DNA of 64,000 nucleotides, from NCBI GenBank assembly GCA_903813345.2, contig CAIIXF020000001.1:41974001-42038000 (forward strand), written 5' to 3'. Source of the DNA: Owenia fusiformis. Lineage: Eukaryota. Shown piece after piece: positions 53,903 to 64,000 of the stretch. The position numbers and the translations under genes are program-made. How positions within the stretch are numbered: the stretch's first letter is position 1; the number at the start of each line of letters is the position of its first letter. The notes under the pieces are model-generated. The model searched no databases and was not told the origin of the DNA. It was given only the letters and a program-made list of their open reading frames with translations.

Positions 53903-54919
53903 ATGGCAGGCATTGACCCAGTCACCGCGGCCGCTATTATTGATGACAAGGATGACGAGGAAACACTCCTCCTATATCACTTATTTGAGGAAGATAGGCG
54001 TGATGGTATTAACGCATTCAGAATAAATCTAGAAAGACTATCAAATGAAGAGTGCAGTCTCTTGTTTCGATTTGAAAAAGATGATCTATTCAGGATATCT
54101 CAGGTCATGGAGTTACCAAACGTATTCACTGGTTATAACCGATGTTCGTGTAGTGGCATCGAGGGCTTGTGCCTTTTACTTCGCCGTCCTGTGTACCCAA
54201 ATCGACTGTGGGACATCAATGGGATGTTTGGTATGGATCTGTCGACAACTTTTGGACCTCTTTTAACAGAGTTTAACCAGCCATGGATGACCATTCCAGA
54301 TTTACAACGATATGCTCGCGCGATTCAGGCTAAAGATGCCCCTCTTATAAACTGTTGCGGTTTTATTGATGGGACTCCAAGACCATGTGCTCGTCCACAG
54401 GAAGGGCAGCGTCATTTCTACAGTGGGCATAAAAGGGAACACTGTCTTAAATTTCAGTCTATCATATTACCCAATGGCATTATTACAAATTTGTATGGGC
54501 CTGTTGAGGGGTCCCGGCACGATGCCTCAATGCTGCGTCGCAGTAATATCCTGGATGCACTTGAAACAAAAAGCCTGCCTAACGGGGAACCCATGTCGAT
54601 TTATGGAGACCCCGCGTACCCCCGAACTCCCCATCTTATTACCCAATTTAGAGGACCCGATGTGACCCCTCAACAGGCCCAATTCAATAGAAGTATGAGT
54701 TCTGTGAGGGAAAGCGTTGAATGGGGTTTCGGAAAAATCATCAGGGAATTTGCTTTTTTGGACTTTAAAAAGAATCTCAAAATACTTTTATCTCCAATAG
54801 CTAAGTATTACAAAAATGAAGCTTTTTTAACCAATGTGCATACATGCCTTTATGGTAGTCAAGTGAATACTTACTTTAACACTGAACCTCTGTTACTTGA
54901 ATACTACATTCATAGATGA
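53903..54919 (+). CDS. Harbinger/IS5-like DDE transposase (DDE_Tnp_4 / HARBI1-like family), 338 aa
   Basis: Motifs LFRFEKDD, GFIDGT, YSGHKR.H.LKFQ, PNG.I..LYGP.EG.RHD, YGDPAYP, FNRSMSSVRESVEWGFG. The DDE triad is present, with 36 residues between the second D and E. Probable 5'-UTR intron 53204-53876. Confidence 0.93.
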   Translation: MAGIDPVTAAAIIDDKDDEETLLLYHLFEEDRRDGINAFRINLERLSNEECSLLFRFEKDDLFRISQVMELPNVFTGYNRCSCSGIEGLCLLLRRPVYPNRLWDINGMFGMDLSTTFGPLLTEFNQPWMTIPDLQRYARAIQAKDAPLINCCGFIDGTPRPCARPQEGQRHFYSGHKREHCLKFQSIILPNGIITNLYGPVEGSRHDASMLRRSNILDALETKSLPNGEPMSIYGDPAYPRTPHLITQFRGPDVTPQQAQFNRSMSSVRESVEWGFGKIIREFAFLDFKKNLKILLSPIAKYYKNEAFLTNVHTCLYGSQVNTYFNTEPLLLEYYIHR

Positions 54920-56562
54920 ACATGATTGTGTAACAAACCAAACATTTTGAGACTAAACATGAACAATCATAGAAAACTGTCAACTGTTAAAACAATTGAT
55001 AATTAAACAACTTTATTATTGCAAAAACACCATATCGCTGATTGGAATCGAAAAATCTGTCCGCTGTGGTGGAGCATGCTATTTTTCTAAAACACACCAA
55101 GAAAACTTCACAATTTATATTTAACTCACATGTTTCATTATACCAAAGAAATTCACCTACTCCGTGCAATGAGATTAATCAGTAGCGGGTAACCTTAACT
55201 TCTGTTTGACGTCCAATGACGCTAGTAAAAGCTATTGGAAACGACAAAATCAAACTCTAAATGTATCATTTCTTATTAATGGCACGATATAGTGATACGA
55301 TAATATTTCCATATCTTCAGCATAACCCTGAAGGTATTAATGAGATCTGGATGTAATGGGTCGTTTTTATTTATTTTAATAAAAAATAATGTTAAATTAT
55401 TGACCGCTATGGAAGAACAGTTTCAAATGTGAAGTACATTAAGATTCATAATATATCTTTTGAACTACACTTTAGAGAAAACGTATCAAACCTCCCTCCC
55501 AAAATCAAATCGTTCCTAAAGTGTAGCTGTAAAAGTAATATATTGGGAACTTTGATGCATCTCACATTTGCAACTAGTCCTCCATAGAGGACAAAAATCT
55601 AGACATCATTTTTAACAAATTAAAAAGAACAAATTAAAAATACTAAAATTCATCTATACTAGATCTCTTAATACCCCCATAGTTAAGTTAAAACATATGC
55701 GATATTATCATGTCACTGTGTTCAGTGCAATTGAAAATTTAGAAAATAATTGGTACGTTTTAGAGTATGATACTCTAGAGCTGTTTTCAATAGATTTTGC
55801 TCCTAGCGTTATTGTAGTTCAAACAAAAGTAAAGGTTACTTGCAAATGGTGTACCTATTGCACAGGGTAAGTTGAGGTTCTTTGGTATAACGAAGCATAT
55901 GACTCAAAAAATTGTGACGTTTTCTTAGTGTTTTTATGAAAAATAACATGACACAACATAGCGGACAAATCTTTCGATCACAACCCGTGCTACATGTATA
56001 ATGTATATGTATATGTATAATTAAAATAAATGTTATATGCAAGTAAACAGCATTTTTATACGTAACAAAATTTAGAACAAGAGGAGCATTAGCAGTTAGC
56101 TAATTTAAATGATTGAGATGATTGGTGATCAGTGCGTTTAAAGGAATTAGTCTTTTTAAAAGTAACATTTTGTACCTTCATCTTTTTGCGTTCATAATAA
56201 TAAAATATGAATTTAACTTGCCATGAGGACAAATAAAACAAATAAAAAGAAGTAACTAAAACAGTACACATCAAACTGATGTTAAAGTCTCCATCTATGA
56301 GTATGTACGTCTAATCCTAATTTTCCATTCCAGAATATTTTACTGATAATATTGATCTGTAAGGCTTGTTGAATTAGACAACAAGTGCTATTAATTTTAA
56401 AGTAAACATCAAATCCGTATGCACAAGATTTTTTACTTGTCAAAAGTGCTGCCGAAATAATCAATCGAGAAAAAATGTTTGAACTAAAGTAAGTACTGAA
56501 ATGTGGCTATTTAGTATTAAAATTACAGACACGGACGTTTTAATGTCAGTATGCCCACATCA

Positions 56563-59500
56563 TCAGTCTTTCTTGGGATTCATTGCGTTCCATTTTCTCT
56601 CTTCCAGTGCAAATTTCCTCTCCTCAAGTTCAATTTTTCTGGTGAGGTATTCCTCTAAGAAGTTACCTACAACACATAAAACAGAAACGTATGCATGTTA
56701 TCCTATGTGATTAGATTTGGATAAAAAATCATTGAAACACTTCTTTTGAATTGTAAAGGATGAATAGTGTTTCATGATTGTGAAAGAAATTATGGTCCCC
56801 CAGGGATTATGGTCCCCTTTCCTAACGGCCCTTACTGGCCCTGATTGTGTACAAGATAATAAGGGAAAGAGTTGTAATTAGGTCACCATATAAATCAATG
56901 GAGAGTAGGACCATAATTTGATAGGACCTCCTACCCTTTTACACCGGCATGTGTTGTTCGTATATCATATTAATTTAATTAAATGCAGAACAATAAATAC
57001 CCAGATTGTATAGATTTTTAAATAATTCTGTCATTCTGTTTGGGTCTTACCTCTTTTGCAGAGTCGTTTCTTAGAAGGGCTTGATTGAGGCGATTTCGTT
57101 TGTTTACCAAGGGTGTTCATCGACTTCTCTAGAATTTCAGTCACTTTCTTTTGATCTTTTTCTTGATCTTCTTCCTTCTTCTTTTTTGTTTTTGTTCTTT
57201 CCATTTCCACATCTTCTTTTAGGGAAATCACTTCAGTCAACATTTGTGACATCTCGTCATATTCCTCTTCAGTACCAGATCTAAAAGCGTTAAGTTTAAG
57301 ACGAGATAAATTTTCAGGCGCATTTATGAAAATACATGCTTGACCCTAATGTCTGCAAATGGAGAACGGTGGTCAAATTGACTCCTCTGTTTTAATGAGT
57401 TCTTTTATGCACGTTATTTTGTGAATCCCTCATTTTTAGCTTGAGCCGCACATAAATGACACATTTTAGCGTAGAAATCAGTTTGATTGAGGAAGATCAT
57501 ATTTATGATAATCGGAATTTGATGCCAATGAACAGAAAGTCGATATAGTTGCCTTGTCCTAATACTGTGGAAAAAGCAAAGTGATCATTATTTATGGCGT
57601 GTCTGATAGACAGTCATTCAGCATATTGAATTTCCTTTCCCACATGCTTATTTCATGAAAATCAAACCCCCGATCAAGCCACTATTTACTATTTAAAGCA
57701 TGAACTCGCGAGTCGCGTTTTTCCCGAATTTGAGAGATAACAGTTTTTCAAAAAACTGCTTGATGAATAGCTATTATTTTTGCACGTTCCTGAACATTTG
57801 TGCAACGATTTATCTGATCATAATTTCAGATCTTTTTTCCCTCTCCCAATTTTTCAACTTCACCAATTCGATTTATATGCCGTTACTTGGTGGTTGGTTG
57901 GCTAAGTCATGGACCAAAAATATTCGGAATCTACCAAGTTAAGTATTAGTCTACTGCCGAACTGAAACACCGAGTGGCATTTGTAATACTATATTTGCAA
58001 ATATGAATGGAAAAATTGCTGACAATACAATTGCGTTCAATTGAATTTCAATTGAAAGTGCATAGCTGAGTTATACAAAAGCTTGACAGACGTTGATTTT
58101 TTGATTTATTTTAACAATAATGGACTATTCTTTTAAGAATTATAGCATTTTGGCACCAAACAATTTTCCTTTCATAGAAAAAGCATCAAAACAGAATGTC
58201 AAAAATACCCTTAAGTCAAGTTGTTCTCGATTTTGTTGACCTACTTTTTGGAGAGGTAATTGAATAAGGTTTACAATTCCAACACGATTGAAATTAGACA
58301 AGTAGTTTTCAATCATCAGGGTGAGGTTTATCCAGGTTCTAAGCAATTTCGATATTTTTGATATATTCGATATTTAAGAAATATCTTCGAATGTACCCCT
58401 TAGGGCTAGGCACAAAAGCTTTCAAACCCCTCACTCCCTTCGGTCGTTCAGGGTATAGAAAACGTTTGTGCCTAGCCCTGCGGGGTATATTCGTCGATAT
58501 AACAACACCTGCTCTGAGGTCTATATTACTTCGACCATGAAAATTCACCAACATTTTTCAAATATTCGTTGAAATTTCCGCCATTACTACGGCCCGCCGT
58601 TATGAGGTCACACATTACTCGTATTAACAGGGGTACTGTTGGCGAATATACCCCGGGTGAAATGTTGACGTCATAAAAGGTGTGAATACAGTCATGTTCG
58701 AATTCAAGATACTGACCGGTTAATTCGAAGAACTTTTGATGTGTGTTCAGAGTACCTGTTGAGTAAATGAATGTTTGAGTTTTGGGTTGGGCCGCCACAA
58801 ATTTTGATGATTTCATTATGTCACTTTGTTAATTCTGGGCACTGTTTAAATTAACAAATGCAACTTCCAAACTTTTCAAATGTTTTATAGAGATGTGAGG
58901 AGTGGCCCGCTCCCCCTAGAAAATGTTACACTTTTGAGATGCTATTTGGTGATTTCTGGGTACGTTCAAAGTGTATGAGTCAATAAAATTGAATTGAGTC
59001 AAAGAGGTTCAGAAGGTGAGCTAGGGTGGGGTGCCAGAGGGGATCGGAAGCAATAGGTTGTCCCCCAGAAACATTGACCATATGAAGGTGCTATTTGATG
59101 ATATCTGGGCACTTTAAAAGTGTCTGAGACAATAAATGGAATTCAGAATTGTTCTAATTGTTTTGGTGGGATGTGTGGGGTGGCCCACTACGTTAGAACA
59201 TTTTACGATTTTAATATGCTATTTGGTGCTTTCTGGGCACACTTTATTGTTTGTCCCCAATAAATATTGACCATATCAAGGTGCTATTGATGTTAATTCT
59301 GGGCATTGAACAAATGCAACTTCCAAGCTTTTAAATTGTTTTATGGGGACGTGATTAGTGGCCCGCTCCCCCTAGAAAATTGTACACTTTTGAGATGCTA
59401 TTTGGTGCTTTCTGAGCACTGTCAAAGTGTATGAGTCAATAAAATGATCTTTTATTGCGGGATGCCAGAGAGTGAGGTGGGGTGCCAGATGGGAGCTAGG

Positions 59501-60927
59501 GGTTGTCTCCAAGAAACATTGACCATATCAAGGTGCTATTAAATGGTGTCTGTGAACTTTAAACGTATCTGAGAAAAAAACATAAAATAAATTCAAAATT
59601 TTCAATTGTTTTGTATATTGGTCCCCCTAGAAAAAGTTACAATTTTAAAATGCTATCTTGTGCTTTCTTGGAACTTTCAAAGTGTATGATTCAATAAGAC
59701 ACATTGACTTTTTATGGGGGGGGGGTGTAAATTAGGGAACCAGGGGGGGGGAGTAGACTATATCCTATTTAGTCTGAATAATATTCAGACTATACATATA
59801 AAAACTATTTGTTTACATAGGAAGTGATATTCAAAATGGCTATTCAAAATGGCGGGAGTGAATTAATTTGCATATTTGTTACTTCAACTAGCTTTATTTC
59901 CACCTAATATGCTGTGTTATTATTGCATTTAATTAATTGTACCTTACTACTTAATTGAAGTGATAAAATGTTGTTTTTTTAACTAATGCTTCCTCAAATT
60001 GATAATTTTTGGCAGAAAATTTCACTGCAATTTCCACAGGACAGTAGTACATCATAACAGACTGACTTCTATAGTCAGTCTGTTAGATACATACTAAGAG
60101 GTGGAGGTGAGGTGGGGGTGCTAGAGAGGAAGCAAGTGTTAAATGCTGACTATAGTAAGGAGCTATTTGATGATGTCTGGGCACTTTAAAAGTGTCTTAG
60201 ACAATGTATCAAATAACTTCAATTGTTTTGTGGGGGTGTGAGGGTGGCCCACTCCCTCTAGAAAATTTTGCAATTTCTTTATCGGGGGGGGGGGGGGTGC
60301 TAGTCTATATCCAATAGACTGAATGAGAATTTTCATTCCAAATTTCAAAAAAAATTAAGACTGAATAAGATGTTGTCTAGGGGGTATGCAGTCGCATCCA
60401 TAGAACCCCCCCCCCCCCCATCTGACGGCCCTGCCAAAGACAGCTTAGGTGTAACATGCTAATTGTGCATGGGTTTTTGATATACACAGATGATGGCATT
60501 AATTATCGTTAGGTATTCAGTGATTGCCTTGTCTGATAAGAAGACGTGTATGGCCAATCATACAATTGCTAACTTGATATTGATATAATTGATATAATTA
60601 CATGTACTTATATTAATACCTAAATGACCTACAAGAATATTGAAACTTTAAAGATTAAATCCGGGAGATAAGATCATAAAACGTTTCGTCTTACTTGGAT
60701 TTCCGCAATCTGTCCTCCCTCTTGAACGATTTGATGAGGAGTTCCATCCTCTCACGAATAGTTCGTAAACTATCAACGTGGAGACTTTTACACACGTCGA
60801 GGCGAACAGCCTCCCAATTGGGAGGATTCTCCCATGGATTTCTTGCCAGGGAAGAACGCACTAAGACTAAGTCGTCTTTGAGTCTAAAGTAAACACGTTT
60901 TTTGGCGCTTTCTTGATCTTGAGACAT
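56563..60927 (-). CDS. Three-exon Myb/SANT-like + coiled-coil partner protein of the PHIS element, 188 aa
   Basis: Exons 60927-60695, 57280-57051 and 56666-56563; GT-AG, phases 2 and 1 match, no stops. Sequence F...DDLVLVR...NPW...WEAV...RTIRERMELLIKSFKREDR...KSGTEEEYDEMSQML...EEYLTRKIELEERKFALEERKW. Confidence 0.85.
56779..56947. mobile_element. Second copy of the Mutator-like MITE (left terminus clipped)
   Basis: Nearly identical to 53389-53557; lies in intron 2 of the partner gene. Confidence 0.85.
58375..58705. mobile_element. Hairpin-containing repeat element, family B copy 2
   Basis: Stem-loop matches 26689-26787; 58640-58705 is the reverse complement of 26595-26670. Confidence 0.7.
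58780..60433. repeat. Diverged satellite-like array ending at a hAT-like terminus
   Basis: Recurrent gctatttggtg(a/c)tttctgggcac and ccccctagaaaa blocks; ends poly-C-atctgacggccctg (CAGGGCCG on the minus strand); partner end not found. Confidence 0.55.
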
Positions 60928-61660
60928 GATGTTCAGCAGTCCACGCGCTATGGATGAATATTGAAGGCTCATTGTGCTGTTTATAAGTACGATTTGCAGG
61001 CCACTCACTCAAAATCAAATTAGTTGACTAATTAGCCTGGTTCCTTTCATCAAAATTAGCACGATATACACTAAACATTATGTAGGTCACTTAAATTTAA
61101 CATTTAGGGGAAATTGATAAACATTTGAAGGACAAAAATAGATGCGGAAACAACTACGCACAAAAGTGTCAACTTTACGTACTTTCGGTATTGCAGTCGA
61201 TAACACAAACGTATTGAGTCCACATTTGCTCCATCGATGCGTTACGGATTTTGATACGGGCAGCTGAAACGTTGTGCGAAGCAACTACACTGTGATTATT
61301 GTAATACCATTCCACACAGTGTAAAATGAATTGAACATACCATTTGGAAAACTCGATTTATGTCAAACAATAAACAAATCCATTCACCAAATCTAAGTCA
61401 TATATTGAACAACACAATGTGTTTGTTCATACAGTGATACTTTTGGAACTAAAATCAATGTAATTGTATGATAAAATGGGATGCGTAAATGACCAACGTA
61501 CAAAAGCCTCATTTTTCGTGTTTTCCGTATTGCTGCACGTATAAATTGGACGGACTGCGCATAAATCTGGTAAATACGTTACGGATACGGATACGTTGCG
61601 CTAAAAAACGTTGTGCGAAACCTCTCTATTATGTCCATTGTCGCGCGGTATTTGCGATAC

Positions 61661-62542
61661 ATAAGGGTTATGTACTGGGAGTTTTTGGATATGGGGTTTA
61701 TCCAGAGGGAGATATGCATATCTACCCGAGTGACCGTAGGGACCGTAGGGACCGAAGGTAGATGTGCATATCTCACGAGGGATGAACCGAATATCCAGAC
61801 CGACCATACATAACTGCTTTATCCTATACCAAGTAGAGTTTTCAGGGGCATATGGCAATTTCAATAGTACAAGGTGTAAAAATAAACAAATCTTTCATAT
61901 GCAAAGTCATTTTATCGCACTGAAGCGGGAGATATGGAGGTTCTGGATATGGAAACCTTAAAATCAGGATATGGGATATATCTTACCAACTTATCTCCCT
62001 AAAACAATTCTTGGCATCGGATAAAGGTGAGTATTTCATACTTGAGTGGGTTTGGGGTAGATATCACCCGGGAATATATATCATATCTGAGGAGCGGGCA
62101 GGATATATTGTATATGTCCCGCTCTAGGGCAAATGCGGGCAGATATAATATATCCATCCCGCTCCCGGGAATTTTTTCAAAAGTTTAAAAAAGTTTAAAA
62201 ATTTTAAAAATTTAAATTTCAGAAGTTTAAAATTTTTCAAAAAGTTTAAATGTTACAATTCTATTGTATTGAACTGAAGGAATATTAAGAAAATGTTAAA
62301 TATAAATTGTGCTTTTACAGTATAGGCCTATCTTGTCATTTGAAAAAGGTGGTAAAGGTTATATCTACCCCAAACCCACTCAAGTATGAGATACACCAGT
62401 TATGTACGGTCGGTTTTGGATACAGTGTTTATCCCGCGGGAAATATGTGTATCTCCCTCGGTCCCTGCGGTCCCTCGTGAGATACACATATTTCCCTTGG
62501 GATAAACCCGGTATCCAAAACCTCCCAGTACATAACCCTTAT
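61661..62542. mobile_element. Hairpin-ended element, family A (complete; each TIR is itself a hairpin)
   Basis: ATAAGGGTTATGTACTGGGAG ... CTCCCAGTACATAACCCTTAT; ~150-bp TIRs, plus inner inverted repeat 62032-62064 / 62361-62394. Confidence 0.82.
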
Positions 62543-63599
62543 ATATGTGATACATTGGTTTTATTTATTGCACTGCCTTGTTGAATGATTCAGTAATCAT
62601 TATAATATCTCATAAACTGTTGTGTACTTCCGTAACGCATTCTTATTAGAATGTCATATTCACCAGCGGTATATGAAATATTCAACTGCAGAATATGTTT
62701 ATCTCGTGTTTACCGCACATAACAACAGTGATAGTTGGTGTCTGTGACGAAGTTAAGGGGTCAGTTAACGTTATCGGGTTTGTCTTTACCCAAGTCATGT
62801 AAGCCTAACTTTATATGGAAGTCAAAGATGGCTTCAAAACAGCCGTTAAAATAAAATGGTAACTTTATCTAAGAAGATAGAGCATTTAGGATAGCGAGTT
62901 TGGTGTCAGGGATTCTACTTTTACCCACGGTCAAACTGCCCTAATACGTAACTTACGTAGTAGTTATATATAAAAAATGTAGGTAATTAGGGCTAAACAG
63001 TGATTTAAGTGTCTGTCTTCAGTTTTCTTAACTTAAATCATTAATGCCTTCCTTTAAATGAGAATTCAAGATGGCCACCAATATGAGATAAGGACAATTT
63101 AGCAGCTTTAGTGTGCTTAATTATAAAAAGAAAGAAAACCTTTCGCCATCTGGAATGGATATGTGACCAATTCTAAGCATATTGAACAGTGATCCACGAT
63201 CCGTCAAGATGGCTGCCAAAATATAGTAGCCTACATAATGGGTAGTAATATCTAAAGCAATATCAAGACTGTGGTTTTGGTGTCTATGACTAAGAGTGAG
63301 AGGTAAAACCTGTAGCCGTTGGTTATGTTAAGTTACCCAAGCATTTGGTAAAACTCTTAGAAATCAAAGGAGTGCACCTACACAAAGACGAAAACCTTAC
63401 ACATTTTCTGCATTTTAGTGTAAGTACTCTATATTTCTTTAGAATTTTTTTTTTGATATATTCGTTTATTCTTGGCCCTTCTTCGATATTTCTTGAACAC
63501 TCTGAAGCGGGTGGGCGCTTATCAAGGTAAGACTTTTCATTTTTTTCATTCCATTGGACATTTCATATTTCATATTGTGTTCTACAATAAAGCATCAGA

Positions 63600-63685
63600 T
63601 TTTCACGTGCATTTAATTTTCGCGATGTTGTGTCACCCTCGAAAACGGGAAATTAAGTGCACGTGGATTTTAAGTGTTTTACAGT
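63600..63685. mobile_element. Right end of a Tc1/pogo-type MITE
   Basis: cacgtgcatttaattt / aaattaagtgcacgtg subterminal palindrome followed by tgttttacag|TA. Confidence 0.4.
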
Positions 63686-64000
63686 AAGTTGGATCAGGCT
63701 ATACAGAAATTACATTGTTTGTTGGCCAGGAACCCAAACAAGAGACGGAAATCATTTTAGCGCCCACCAAAGAATATCTTTCCAATCAATTTTTAGATAA
63801 AGTTACTTATGTATCATTAAAAGATGCTCATGTCATTTAACATCAAACTCTACTTTAAGGTAACTCAATTTTCGAATTTTACTGAGATTAATGAGGATTA
63901 CACCAAGGGTGTATTGACTTTAACACGGGGATATACACAACATTGACTTAACTTGGTGATATCATCACGGTGATTGATACAAAATCCTCATTATCAGAGA

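Larger units (their letters stand above)
53004..61627. mobile_element. Full-length PHIS (PIF/Harbinger-like, probably Pangu-type) transposon, 8.6 kb
   Basis: 19-bp perfect TIR AGAGAGGTTTCGCACAACG with further imperfect pairing; flanks AGT and ATT; encloses a transposase (+) and a partner gene (-). Confidence 0.88.

Noticed and set aside
53903..54919. Domesticated HARBI1 gene
   Set aside because: The ORF lies between TIRs with a partner gene, so it is a transposon copy; no symbol assigned.

Overview
AT-rich eukaryotic DNA with GT-AG introns, many MITEs and satellites; the repeat landscape suggests a marine invertebrate (inference). No host gene, rRNA, true tRNA or CRISPR array is recognisable. 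The main contents are two large PIF/Harbinger-superfamily (PHIS) transposons, each with convergent two-gene layout. (1) 53004-61627 has AGAGAGG termini, an open 338-aa DDE transposase and an apparently intact 3-exon Myb/SANT-like partner gene. (2) 42731-47403 has a TTA TSD and has lost almost all of its transposase, but keeps a multi-exon MADF gene with all splice phases consistent; it is nested in a Tc1/mariner MITE. The rest comprises decayed mariner, Tc1-like, Tx1/L1 and CR1 remnants, CAC-ended elements with 5-bp TSDs, Kolobok-, Harbinger- and Mutator-type MITEs, hairpin elements sharing CC-GNA-GG motifs, a frameshifted C2H2-containing exon and several tandem repeats. All calls were made by eye without database searches.
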